Positions 9,471-19,305 of a stretch of 64,000 nt of DNA are shown piece after piece. The stretch's first letter is position 1. Every line of letters starts with the position of its first letter. Location: the IMG/VR virus record IMGVR_UViG_3300035390_000014, positions 1 through 64,000 of that record. One strand, given 5' to 3'. Source of the DNA: a virus (Duplodnaviria > Caudoviricetes). Below the pieces are notes generated by a model. That model saw nothing but the letters and a program-made list of their open reading frames with translations. It did not search any database and was not told where the DNA came from. The position numbers were made by a program, and so were the translations under genes.

Positions 9471-10520
9471 CTATTTCTTTGTTAGGTCGTCTTGATCCGG
9501 ATTTTCATCAACATGAAATGGATCACTTTCAGTTACTTCAAAACCCATCAGCTTTGCACTTTCATCATCCAATCCATCAATCAAATCTTTCATCATCAAA
9601 TCTGATTTATGATGTCTATATGGACATTGTGAACATGGATTCCATTCATCATCACTAACTTCATAAGAATCAAATAAACTTCTTTGTTGAGGAGTGCCAG
9701 GCATGAATGATGAATTTCTTTTATAAAATTCACTAATTGACCCACCAAATCCATATGATCCATGATTATATGTTGGTGTTGTATAAATAGGTCTATCAAT
9801 CTGTTTCATCCATTTCTTTGGAAACTCAAAATCCTTTTCAGGAGCAGTACAATCATAACCAAGTTTCTTCTCAGCTGGTACAGGTGTTTTTACACCTTTC
9901 AACCAGGTATATCTCTGGTATTGTTGAGTAACTTCATATTCAACTAATTGAACACCATCAATATAGTCCTCTGGGTTTACCATAAATCTTTCACCACCTG
10001 ACATAATAGAACAAGATATATCAAAATATTCATCAGCCATTTTACCAAGAGTGATATGCAATCCATCCCAATTTTCTTCGTCAGCATGATCTGTACCAGA
10101 ATGAAATGCTGACATATTAGCATGACTATGAATGGTTCCAATTCTTATATAATCCTTATAAGTATCTTCTCCATTGATATAATTAACACTTGCTCCAGTT
10201 ACACCTTGTTTTGGCACATCAATTCTATATCTTTTCCTTTTCTTATTATAATGCAGAATTACATTCGCTTCTGCCTTATACACTTTATATACTTCTCTAA
10301 ACAAAGAAAGTATTTGAGCAAATTGTCTTATTGAAATTTTAGCTATGTTCAAAGTTGCATATGTAGAACATTCACCTAAAATAGAAATTGAATCCACCTT
10401 GTTGAGTGTATTAAAATCACCCATGGTCTTTTTCAGATATATTCCATCTTTTGCTACTACATAGAATATAGGTTCGTCTGGCATTTCAGTTTTTCCATCA
10501 TTCACCCATACTGGAAACAT
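9471..10520 (-). CDS. JAB/JAMM metalloprotease (Ubl deconjugase), PRTRC protein A-like
   Basis: JAMM motif GTIHSHANMSAFHSGTDHADE (HxH-x7-S-x2-D), upstream Glu (KAEANVIL), N-terminal YVVAKDGIYL, C-terminal CSQCPY. Confidence 0.9.
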   Translation of the reverse strand: MFPVWVNDGKTEMPDEPIFYVVAKDGIYLKKTMGDFNTLNKVDSISILGECSTYATLNIAKISIRQFAQILSLFREVYKVYKAEANVILHYNKKRKRYRIDVPKQGVTGASVNYINGEDTYKDYIRIGTIHSHANMSAFHSGTDHADEENWDGLHITLGKMADEYFDISCSIMSGGERFMVNPEDYIDGVQLVEYEVTQQYQRYTWLKGVKTPVPAEKKLGYDCTAPEKDFEFPKKWMKQIDRPIYTTPTYNHGSYGFGGSISEFYKRNSSFMPGTPQQRSLFDSYEVSDDEWNPCSQCPYRHHKSDLMMKDLIDGLDDESAKLMGFEVTESDPFHVDENPDQDDLTKK

Positions 10521-13088
10521 TTAAAAATCCTCCTTAAATTGTTCACTTCTAAGAGATACTTTTGCATTAGTATTTAATATATAACCGCCTAACATATTCG
10601 GAAATCCTGTTTTGTTTTCTGCCATTCTAGGATTAGCAACAGAAATCCTTGGCATTGTAATACCATGTCTTACTACATATTTCAAATCATTTTTTGTAAT
10701 ACTAGTCCCCCATTCTAAATTTGCCCAGCTTGTGACGTAATGATATTCAAATGAATATCTAGTTCCATTTTTTCTTGCTAGAAATTTAATAGAATTTGAT
10801 CTACCATCTGTAAAATGATCACCATGTTGCCATTTAATTTTTTCTAAATCAAATTCTACTATTTCAGATTTCTTCCAGTCATCTGATTTAAATGGTATTC
10901 TTTTAAATTTAGATATAGTATCTTGATTCATCCACAATGTGCATAAATTAGAACATATTGCCAATGGATATTTAGTTGAACCATCATTAATAAAAGCTAT
11001 AATGGAATTAGTATCCTTCTTGGGAAAATTAATAATACCAGTAGTTGTTGCTTTGATTTTATCCCCAGACTTCCAATCACCACACTGTGATTCAACTTTT
11101 CTAACACACCCAATATTAACATTATCATTACCAAAATTAATATATGGAATTCTAAATTGAACTTTTTTATTTAATGAGGTACTGTTAATATACAATTTAT
11201 TATCTTTTTCATCATACTCAAAACTATCAATAGATGATACAAGTAACATATCCTCTGGGTTACTCCAATTGGCATACACTATTGGATCGCCAACTTTAAA
11301 ATCAATATCGCATTGAATACGAGGTATATATAGCCTTGTTCTATTTGCTAATAAAATTTTCTTTAAATACTCTTTTATATCATCAATACCACAATAATAT
11401 CTAACAGCTTGATTACTATCTATAAGAATTCCTTTGTTTCTCATAATATGAAATTTAGGTTTACTCTCTGATCCATTGCTATTGACTAATAGTTTATCAA
11501 AATGACATATAGTATCAGGTTCTATTAAATTATTTGTATCTATAAAATCATAATCATTATGACCATTTTCATAATCACTATGATTTAAATTTATACTATT
11601 TCCATTTTTTCCAACAGGAGGTAAAAACTTTATAATAATATGTCCAGATCCTGATATTGAAATATTTTTATATTTCATTTTTCTAATTTTATAACAATTA
11701 TTATATCCTTCATTGGAAGTAATGATATAATAATCTTTTTCTTTATCAAGAGATTCACCATTGATTTTAATATTACTAAAATTCATTATAGAAAAATCAA
11801 TATTTTCAATAAGATAATGATCATTTCCAATTAATGCCTCAATTTTTCCATCCTGTGCTACTCTAATTGATTTAATCCTTTTATTGACTATACATCCCCC
11901 AGATTTAAAAGTTATAATATCATCAGGTTTAATAACTTTACCATTAACTTCAACTTCCTCCAATTCAGTCTTAGTATATAAATCCCCAAGACCTTTTTCA
12001 AAATCTTGATATGGTACTGAAATTAATTCTCCTTTACTATTTTCTAACTCAACTTCTAAATATGATTCTTCATGATCATCAGTTGTGATAGAATATAAAT
12101 ATAAAATCTCATTGTTAAAAGAAATTTCATCACCAACCTGAATTGTCATTCCTTTTATTGCTAATGAATATGAGGTATTTCTAACATTTGATTTTTTAGT
12201 TACAGTTGACGAAGTTGTACCTCTAACAATATTTTGAAGTAATTCATATGATGAACCAGAATTTTTTGAATCATTTGAATATTCTCTCACAGAACTGATT
12301 ACTCTACCAATGTTTCTATGGAATTTTAACCAACTTACATTATAAATAAACATTGGATCAAGTTTACTAAAATACATCCATGAGAGATAATCTTGAACTT
12401 CATAAGCATTAGAGTTTTCATATGCTTTAATATTATCAGTATAATCTTTATTATAACGATTCAACCAAAATGTTTCAATAATATTTTCAGTAGTTTCTAA
12501 TACAGTTGAATAATTTATAATACTCCCAAGACATATTGTTTGACTATCTGGAATATTATAAAGAGGTGCCTTAAAAAGATAATCTGACAAACTTGTAATT
12601 GGATGCAATCTGAAAAATGGTTGCATTTGAAGCATTTGATTTTGTTTATTTAACACTATTATAAAAACAACATATGGAAAAGATAACTGAAATGAATATG
12701 GGCGACCTGAATTTTCATCCAAATAATTTTCATACCCATACTCTTTTAATTTTCCAGTTATTCTCAATTTTTCTATTGTTGCTTCCATCCCAATATCAGC
12801 TTTAATAGTTCTAATTCTCGGAGGTTCTTCAATAACTATAATTTTTCTACCATTCCCAAAAGTTTCAAAATACTTACAACCTACAGGTAAAATTTCATTG
12901 TTATTATTAAAATTTGTTTTCAAACCATTATAGAAATCTTTTGTTCTTATAGTTCTATTTCTACATATTGGTTTAAAAGGAACCTCTTTTGTTTCGCCGT
13001 GCACATAATTTTTGTCTAATTGGTAAATATCATCTTTAGTTCCAATTATACTAGTATATTGATTACCTATAACAATTTCTCTATTCAC
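10521..13088 (-). CDS. Prokaryotic E2-family (Prok-E2_D / PRTRC protein B-like) domain fused to ~550 aa of beta-rich accessory modules
   Basis: IVIEEPPRIRTI...LSFPYVVF...LFKAPLYNIPDSQTICLG...ETFWLNRYN fits the Prok-E2_D pattern with a candidate catalytic Cys in ICLG. Adjacent to JAB, E1 and Ubl. Confidence 0.72.
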   Translation of the reverse strand: MNREIVIGNQYTSIIGTKDDIYQLDKNYVHGETKEVPFKPICRNRTIRTKDFYNGLKTNFNNNNEILPVGCKYFETFGNGRKIIVIEEPPRIRTIKADIGMEATIEKLRITGKLKEYGYENYLDENSGRPYSFQLSFPYVVFIIVLNKQNQMLQMQPFFRLHPITSLSDYLFKAPLYNIPDSQTICLGSIINYSTVLETTENIIETFWLNRYNKDYTDNIKAYENSNAYEVQDYLSWMYFSKLDPMFIYNVSWLKFHRNIGRVISSVREYSNDSKNSGSSYELLQNIVRGTTSSTVTKKSNVRNTSYSLAIKGMTIQVGDEISFNNEILYLYSITTDDHEESYLEVELENSKGELISVPYQDFEKGLGDLYTKTELEEVEVNGKVIKPDDIITFKSGGCIVNKRIKSIRVAQDGKIEALIGNDHYLIENIDFSIMNFSNIKINGESLDKEKDYYIITSNEGYNNCYKIRKMKYKNISISGSGHIIIKFLPPVGKNGNSINLNHSDYENGHNDYDFIDTNNLIEPDTICHFDKLLVNSNGSESKPKFHIMRNKGILIDSNQAVRYYCGIDDIKEYLKKILLANRTRLYIPRIQCDIDFKVGDPIVYANWSNPEDMLLVSSIDSFEYDEKDNKLYINSTSLNKKVQFRIPYINFGNDNVNIGCVRKVESQCGDWKSGDKIKATTTGIINFPKKDTNSIIAFINDGSTKYPLAICSNLCTLWMNQDTISKFKRIPFKSDDWKKSEIVEFDLEKIKWQHGDHFTDGRSNSIKFLARKNGTRYSFEYHYVTSWANLEWGTSITKNDLKYVVRHGITMPRISVANPRMAENKTGFPNMLGGYILNTNAKVSLRSEQFKEDF

Positions 13089-13090
13089 AA

Positions 13091-13450
13091 TTATTCTCCT
13101 TTTAAGAATTGCATCCTTTCAACAAACTCTTTTAATATTTTCTTAGGATTATCATGTTTAACAACCCAAACCTTAGCTCTTTTAGGAGTTGATGTATTAA
13201 TATTCGCTAAACAATTCCAATGTGAAATAATATATTTATTTTGAGCTTCTCGTTCAATACAAATATAATTTTCATATTTTTTATTATTAGTGACAATAGG
13301 AAGAGACAAGAATATATTTGACCCAACAGGTCCTTCATAATCAATTGTATCGCCTAATTCTTCTTTTTCTATATGATCACAAAGAATCCTTAATTTTTCA
13401 TCTAATTCACTCTTCTTCCATGTTTCAAGAAGTTCATCAATAATTGTCAT
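13091..13450 (-). CDS. Hypothetical protein
   Basis: 119-aa ORF with RBS, operonic. Confidence 0.6.
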   Translation of the reverse strand: MTIIDELLETWKKSELDEKLRILCDHIEKEELGDTIDYEGPVGSNIFLSLPIVTNNKKYENYICIEREAQNKYIISHWNCLANINTSTPKRAKVWVVKHDNPKKILKEFVERMQFLKGE

Positions 13451-13461
13451 TTAATCTCCTT

Positions 13462-13773
13462 TTATTTTTTAATTCTAAATCTTACTCGATTAGGAGTTTC
13501 AACCCATTCACTTCTTTGAAATGGTACAGTTCTCCAATCTTTTTTATCCAAATCAAAAACATGAACCATACCCTGTTTCTGCACCAAAGAAAAGATTTTA
13601 CCCATATTTACATCTTTTGGTCTTTTTCCCTCAGGTATTTTTGAAAAATCCAGAGTGCATCTCATTGTTCTTTCAGTTCCATCAAGTTTTCTAAACCTAA
13701 TAGTAACTTCTTCCTCTGCTTTTATCTTTTGATAAAACTCTATTGCGTTTTGTAATACATTGTCATCAGCCAT
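13462..13773 (-). CDS. WYL_2 / SH3-fold phage protein
   Basis: VTIRFRKLDGTERTMRCTL...VFDLDKKDWRT pattern typical of phage WYL_2 proteins. Confidence 0.75.
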   Translation of the reverse strand: MADDNVLQNAIEFYQKIKAEEEVTIRFRKLDGTERTMRCTLDFSKIPEGKRPKDVNMGKIFSLVQKQGMVHVFDLDKKDWRTVPFQRSEWVETPNRVRFRIKK

Positions 13774-13782
13774 ATTAACTCC

Positions 13783-13956
13783 TTATAGATATCTAAAATC
13801 TTGGTTTTGTTTGGATTTAAGACTTTGAATTGCAACTAAGCCTTCATTCTTTTTAGAAACTTTAAAATGTTTTATAACTTTTTGTTTTGCATCCCAAAGA
13901 CTATCTGCTTCAACAACTGTTTTCTCTCTGTTAAAAAATCCTTCAAATTTGGCCAT
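13783..13956 (-). CDS. Small hypothetical protein (57 aa; below the ORF-track cutoff)
   Basis: GGAGG RBS. Hand translation MAKFEGFFNREKTVVEADSLWDAKQKVIKHFKVSKKNEGLVAIQSLKSKQNQDFRYL; fills the gap exactly. Confidence 0.7.
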   Translation of the reverse strand: MAKFEGFFNREKTVVEADSLWDAKQKVIKHFKVSKKNEGLVAIQSLKSKQNQDFRYL

Positions 13957-13979
13957 TTCTTACCTCCGTATGAATTAAG

Positions 13980-14561
13980 TTATCCCCAACATGTAATGCC
14001 AAACATTCTTCTATTTCTTTCTTTTATATTAGAAATAAATACATCTTTGTCTTTATCATGAAATGTATGTTTGTGCAGATACGTATGCTCAGTTGATAAC
14101 ATTAATCCTAAATTTTCTTTTCGATCATCCATATCATTCATATTAATGTGATGAACACACCATATTAAATTCCGCAACTTTGTAATATTGTATAGAAATT
14201 CTTGTTCCTCTTTAAATAAGATTGGATTTTGATTCTTATCAATTGTGCCTAAAATATCTATAAAAGGTGTTAATGGAAATTTAAAATCAAATTGTGAATA
14301 ATAAGAAAAGAAAAATGCATGATGTTTACCAATATTGCAAGACTTTTCTATATTAAATAATTTTTCAATTGTTGAAGTTATTCCTGTTCTTGATTTACGA
14401 CCTTTTGTTACAGCACTATTATAAATTATTGGACATTTATCACATTGTCCACCACTCTCACGAACATTTCTATAATCGCACATCATACAACCACCATCTT
14501 TTATAGAATCATGTTCTGTTAATAATTTCCATAATCCAGGAAAATCAATACTATTTGTCAT
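13980..14561 (-). CDS. HNH endonuclease-like protein with an N-terminal Cys cluster
   Basis: VHHINMNDMDDRKENLGLMLSTEHTYLH (HNH_3-like); N-terminal CMMC...CDKC. Confidence 0.7.
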   Translation of the reverse strand: MTNSIDFPGLWKLLTEHDSIKDGGCMMCDYRNVRESGGQCDKCPIIYNSAVTKGRKSRTGITSTIEKLFNIEKSCNIGKHHAFFFSYYSQFDFKFPLTPFIDILGTIDKNQNPILFKEEQEFLYNITKLRNLIWCVHHINMNDMDDRKENLGLMLSTEHTYLHKHTFHDKDKDVFISNIKERNRRMFGITCWG

Positions 14562-15594
14562 TATCTCGTCTCTCCTTATGAATTAAATTATCAACAACAT
14601 CTCCATCTTCTGATATCATTCGACTCATAAGCATACAGGTCCAACAACATCCTTTGCAATAATTCTTTTTATCAATTCTAATCATTTCTTTATATGTAGG
14701 ATGTAATCCTTCACCAAGAAAACAATCATATGCCTTCATAACTGGAGTCATAATTCCACGAATACGAAGGCAAAGTCTTACACTACCATCAGCATCAATT
14801 GTCATATTATGAACATTATCTTCTAACCCACAATCAAGATTTGCTGGTAATATATCCCAAATTTTCATCAACAATGTATCAGACATATGAACATCAAGCT
14901 TATCATCAATAATCTTTTGAAATATATCTTTAACTGTCTTATTCTTTTTAACTAAAAGATTCTCATCCTCAACATTTGAAAAGTCATAATAATTATTTTT
15001 TTTAATATCAACTGTTGTGATATCACTGTTTATACCCATGTCTGTTAACATTTTAACGAGGTTATACAAATGATATATATTGGTATTATCAACTGTGATT
15101 TCCGCTACTAAATCATTGATTTTACCCTTATACTTTTGCAACCTTTCAATACCAGCTACACATTTTTTATATCTGTCATCATCAGTTAATGATTTATCAT
15201 CCAATATCAATGGATCAACTGATGATGTTAGACCTTGAATATACTCAGTATCTTCCATCAACTTATCAATCATTGGTTGAACTGCATCTGAATTATTTGT
15301 AATAATTGTATAATGAATATCTTCTTTATTACAATAATTTATAATATCAGCAAGATCCTTTCTAAGCATTGGCTCGCCTCCATAAAAAAGCATAAAAGCA
15401 TCTGGATTATGTTTTTTAATTCTACCCAATGTTGCAATAACATATTCGGTTGACATTTCTTGTTTATGATAATGACTCATATTAGGATAACTTGATGGTT
15501 TCCCTTCATAGTCTTTCACAATAGCACAATAGGAACATTTCAAATTACACTGCCTTGTCAGTAACCATGAAATTATTTGTATCTTATTTTTCAT
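14551..15594 (-). CDS. Radical SAM enzyme with a C-terminal Cys cluster (SPASM/twitch-like)
   Basis: CNLKCSYC (CxxxCxxC), FYGGEPMLR, TIITN, TIDADGSVRLC, CKGCCWTC. Confidence 0.9.
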   Translation of the reverse strand: MKNKIQIISWLLTRQCNLKCSYCAIVKDYEGKPSSYPNMSHYHKQEMSTEYVIATLGRIKKHNPDAFMLFYGGEPMLRKDLADIINYCNKEDIHYTIITNNSDAVQPMIDKLMEDTEYIQGLTSSVDPLILDDKSLTDDDRYKKCVAGIERLQKYKGKINDLVAEITVDNTNIYHLYNLVKMLTDMGINSDITTVDIKKNNYYDFSNVEDENLLVKKNKTVKDIFQKIIDDKLDVHMSDTLLMKIWDILPANLDCGLEDNVHNMTIDADGSVRLCLRIRGIMTPVMKAYDCFLGEGLHPTYKEMIRIDKKNYCKGCCWTCMLMSRMISEDGDVVDNLIHKERRDNDK

Positions 15595-15772
15595 TATTTT
15601 TTTTCTCCAACATTTGTTTAAATTCTAATTCTTCTTTTTCAATAGCTTTTTGAAAAGAAATTGATTCACTATCATTGATGTGACTAATACAAATATCACA
15701 CATTGAAATAGATTTAGATTTCCCAGAAATAGGGGTCATTGTACCACATGTATCACAAATTTCTTCACCCAT
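15584..15772 (-). CDS. Small Zn-binding protein
   Basis: CDTC...CDIC, 62 aa. Confidence 0.55.
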   Translation of the reverse strand: MGEEICDTCGTMTPISGKSKSISMCDICISHINDSESISFQKAIEKEELEFKQMLEKKNNEK

Positions 15773-16028
15773 ATAATATACTCTCCTTTGCTATTACCTT
15801 AGTATCTTTTGTTGGATCAAATAAACCTTTTCCAAATATATTCACCGGTTTACCAATTATCTTTTTATCAATATATGAATCCAAAACAACTACTCTTGAC
15901 TCAGCAAATAAATGTAATCCACAATCCTGACAGATCAATAATGTATCACCATTATCATGAGTTCTTTTTAAAGCTTTTAACCCTCCACAATTTGGGCATG
16001 GTGCCTGACTTGTTACCATATATCCCAT
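15765..16028 (-). CDS. Small Zn-ribbon protein
   Basis: CPNCG...CQDCG. Confidence 0.6.
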   Translation of the reverse strand: MGYMVTSQAPCPNCGGLKALKRTHDNGDTLLICQDCGLHLFAESRVVVLDSYIDKKIIGKPVNIFGKGLFDPTKDTKVIAKESILYG

Positions 16029-16471
16029 TATCTATACTCCCCTAAAGGTACAGTTGATATTGTATGTTTATAAGAACCTTCAAATACTTTGGTTGAATAT
16101 GTAACATAAACCATTGTCTTGTTAGGTTCATCATAAAACCTTGCTAGTTTTAATGATTTCCATCCAATTGATTTTTTCAAATTTATTACTTGAGGATTCA
16201 TGGTTTTAATAATTCTACCAATCTTCCTAGTCAATCTAGTAGACACACAATTGTTAGAAGGATCAGCCATTGCTAATGGGTTACCAGATTTAATTGTTGA
16301 AAGATAAATTGTAATAAATGGCATATCAGGATCTTGCATTGTAAAAACTTGAATCTTATCTTTCATGAACATTCCACCAAGACTTATTTCAGCCATTTGT
16401 CTTGGGCCTGCAAAACATACTGATGTAAAGATAAACATAATTGCAATAATTAATGAGATTCTAATTTTCAT
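16028..16471 (-). CDS. creA: CreA-family protein with signal peptide
   Basis: DPDMPFITIYLS, DPSN, KSIGWKSLKLARFYDEPNKTMVYVTYSTK, GSYKHTISTVP; N-terminal signal peptide. Confidence 0.8.
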   Translation of the reverse strand: MKIRISLIIAIMFIFTSVCFAGPRQMAEISLGGMFMKDKIQVFTMQDPDMPFITIYLSTIKSGNPLAMADPSNNCVSTRLTRKIGRIIKTMNPQVINLKKSIGWKSLKLARFYDEPNKTMVYVTYSTKVFEGSYKHTISTVPLGEYR

Positions 16472-17093
16472 CCTTCACTCCTTTAATAGATAATTTATAA
16501 GTTCCATCTACTTCTTTTTTACACACTTCACTTTCTCCATAATATCCACACCATGGATCACCCCCGTCCCATCCATCTCCTTCAAAATCAACAACTCTTC
16601 TTTCACCTTTAATTGAAATGTTAGATATCCCTAACATTTCAATTAAATCTATAATCATTTGATTAATTGCCTTTTTAATTTCAGCAATTGACTGTGATGT
16701 TTTATAATGAAATCCTACATCAATACTTTTATCATTATAAATATTCATAGTAAAGTCTGGTTCACAAAGATAAACTTCTCTAGTAACCATTTCTTTAGGA
16801 TTTTCTGTGTCAGGTTCTTTATAATTAAAGAAATATTCAGTATAATCACCCTTCGTTGCCTCAAACCCCAATTGCAGATGATCTTCATTTTTTACAATAC
16901 AAAAATTTGGAACTGCTTGAAGTTGAGTTAATCCATAAATATAATCTATGAATTTTTTGGTTATATCTAATGATTCTGTTTCCACATTAAAATCCTGAGA
17001 AATTACAATATCACCAGATGTAACTTCCCAAGTATCAATTACTATAAAACTAGTAGATGAACTATTCGTTACAAAATCACTTTTCATTTTCAT
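16461..17093 (-). CDS. Hypothetical protein with the MKxxxDFVTNSSSTSF N-terminal motif
   Basis: Recurrent N-terminal motif of an uncharacterised family; acidic C-terminus GDGWDGGDPWCGYYGE. Confidence 0.6.
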   Translation of the reverse strand: MKMKSDFVTNSSSTSFIVIDTWEVTSGDIVISQDFNVETESLDITKKFIDYIYGLTQLQAVPNFCIVKNEDHLQLGFEATKGDYTEYFFNYKEPDTENPKEMVTREVYLCEPDFTMNIYNDKSIDVGFHYKTSQSIAEIKKAINQMIIDLIEMLGISNISIKGERRVVDFEGDGWDGGDPWCGYYGESEVCKKEVDGTYKLSIKGVKDEN

Positions 17094-17103
17094 TGTTTTT
17101 TCC

Positions 17104-19305
17104 TTATCTAAATTCTAATATATTATCAGATTCAATATCATCAATTTTTGTATGAGATATTATACCGACCCATTTTTCTTTTGCTGCTGTTCTTAACAAA
17201 TTAGATGCATGTCTAATATTCTCACTATCCAATGAATCAAAGATTTCATCAAATAAGATTATATTAACACTTGTATCCTGAACATTAGCCATTAAATCAG
17301 CTAAGGTTAATATAGTTCCAATATCAACTAACCTTGTCTGACCACCAGAAAATTTAACTCTTTTATCTGAATGAGTTAAAGTATCAAAAACATTTACAGA
17401 TATTTTATCTCTAAACTCTTTATTGTCTTTGGTAGCTTTTAATGTATCGAATGTTACTTTATAACGACCATTACAAAGCATATCCATATAATATGAGATT
17501 CTATCATTCATAAATGGTATAGCTTCATCAATCAACATACTTTGAATACCAGATGCTGAGAATCCAGTTTTCCAGAATTGGAGAATCAACATACGCTTAT
17601 CATGTTCAACCCTTGCAGCTAAAGATTCTTTAATAAGCTTTTTATAATTTTCAATCTCCACTTTGCAATTTGTTATAATGGTTTTATCAAATTCTAATTT
17701 TTCTGCTTCAACTAAATTCTTTTTATGACCATCAAGTAATGATTGTAAATCAGCCAACTCCTGGTTATATACATCTATTTGAGATTGAATTTTAACTAAA
17801 TTATTTATTTCTAATGTTAGTTGAGATAATTCTGCATTGATATCTTTAACTGTTTCTTCTTTTTCTTTCTCAATATTTAATGTACCTGTTTTAATCATTT
17901 CTTTGACTTTACCGATGGCAATATTCTTTCTTTCAGTAAATTGACTAATAGAAATACGATTAGCTTCTTGAAGTGCTTTTATATTTTCTTGACATTTATT
18001 ATAATCTTTTTGATTAATTGCATTCCAAGAAGTTTCTTTTATAGTTAAATCTTTACACTCTTTGCCAATCTCACCAATTTGAGTTCTTAAAGAACTAACC
18101 TCAGCTTGTTTTTCCTCAACCAATTCTTTGAGATGATTAATACAAAGACCATCAACTTCTCTTAAACAAGTAGGACAAATTGATACATCAGTCATATCAA
18201 GACCAATTATTTCTTTTTCAAGAAATGAAACATTTGTACTAAGTTTGGTTGACTCAGTCCCTAATATGTTTAATTTTGTTTTAATTAAATTTATTTGCTC
18301 TTCTGCTGCCTTAAATTTAATATCATATGCATCCTTCTCTTTCTGAATAGCATCTCTCATTTCCTCAGAACCTTTATTGGATAATTGAAGACTTTTATTA
18401 TTCAATTCAGATATTTTTAAATTAGCTTGGTTTTCCAAAGTACTGATGTTAGTATTATTAAGATCATCAATCTTACTAAGATCATTTCTCAATACACTCA
18501 TATGAGTTGTTTTTATTTGCTGCTGAGTTGAGGTATCTTCTGGGAGATTCTTTTGAGTTTCGAGATGGGCTAAGATTTTTTTCTCATGAATATTAATCTG
18601 AGTTTGACAATTAAGAATACTATCATCACGATTTTTCTTAAATGTTTTTTCTGTCTCCAAATTTTCTTTCAATCTATTTTCAGCAGACTCTAAAAGACCT
18701 TTGTTAATGCCAATAGATTGATTTAATTGTGCTATTATTTGCTCAATTTCTTTTAATTCAACTCCACATTCTTTTACATACAAAACAAAATCATCTAATG
18801 TCATAATTTTTCTAAAGATTTCTTTTTGATCTGCATCACCCAAATCTGTGAAGAATGATTTAACTTTTTGAGAAAACAATAGAGTATTCATAAAAAGTTT
18901 ATAAGGCATCAATAATTTTTCAACTTCTGGAACAACTTCTTTATGTCCTTTTAAATAAGGTTTAGTTGAATCACCTTTAGTTATGGTTACTGAATTTCCT
19001 AGTCTTGTATACTTAACAAATCTATCAACTCTATATTGAACGTCATTAATTTTAAAGATTGTCCATGTATGACAATTCTTTCCAGTCTTAGTATTTAAAA
19101 CATCATCACCACGACCTTTCTCACATTGACCATATAATGTAAATGGTATAGCTTGAAATATAGATGTTTTGCCGCTACCATTTGGACCTATAATCATTGT
19201 AGTAGAACCATTATCGAATTTAATGACCACTGGATCTATATGATTACAAAAGTTCTCCATCCCTTGCTCTATAAATTCAATTTTTTTCATTTCTTCAATC
19301 CCCAA
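17104..19305 (-). CDS. sbcC: SbcC/Rad50/gp46-like SMC ATPase (start probably at 19290)
   Basis: Walker A GPNGSGKT, long coiled coil with a CPTC Zn hook, signature FSGGQ, Walker B ILFDEIFDSLD. Confidence 0.92.
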   Translation of the reverse strand: MGIEEMKKIEFIEQGMENFCNHIDPVVIKFDNGSTTMIIGPNGSGKTSIFQAIPFTLYGQCEKGRGDDVLNTKTGKNCHTWTIFKINDVQYRVDRFVKYTRLGNSVTITKGDSTKPYLKGHKEVVPEVEKLLMPYKLFMNTLLFSQKVKSFFTDLGDADQKEIFRKIMTLDDFVLYVKECGVELKEIEQIIAQLNQSIGINKGLLESAENRLKENLETEKTFKKNRDDSILNCQTQINIHEKKILAHLETQKNLPEDTSTQQQIKTTHMSVLRNDLSKIDDLNNTNISTLENQANLKISELNNKSLQLSNKGSEEMRDAIQKEKDAYDIKFKAAEEQINLIKTKLNILGTESTKLSTNVSFLEKEIIGLDMTDVSICPTCLREVDGLCINHLKELVEEKQAEVSSLRTQIGEIGKECKDLTIKETSWNAINQKDYNKCQENIKALQEANRISISQFTERKNIAIGKVKEMIKTGTLNIEKEKEETVKDINAELSQLTLEINNLVKIQSQIDVYNQELADLQSLLDGHKKNLVEAEKLEFDKTIITNCKVEIENYKKLIKESLAARVEHDKRMLILQFWKTGFSASGIQSMLIDEAIPFMNDRISYYMDMLCNGRYKVTFDTLKATKDNKEFRDKISVNVFDTLTHSDKRVKFSGGQTRLVDIGTILTLADLMANVQDTSVNIILFDEIFDSLDSENIRHASNLLRTAAKEKWVGIISHTKIDDIESDNILEFR

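Noticed and set aside
14551-15594. Calling the radical SAM enzyme QueE because QueD is nearby
   Set aside because: It is longer than typical QueE, has an extra C-terminal Cys cluster and lacks motifs I associate with QueE.
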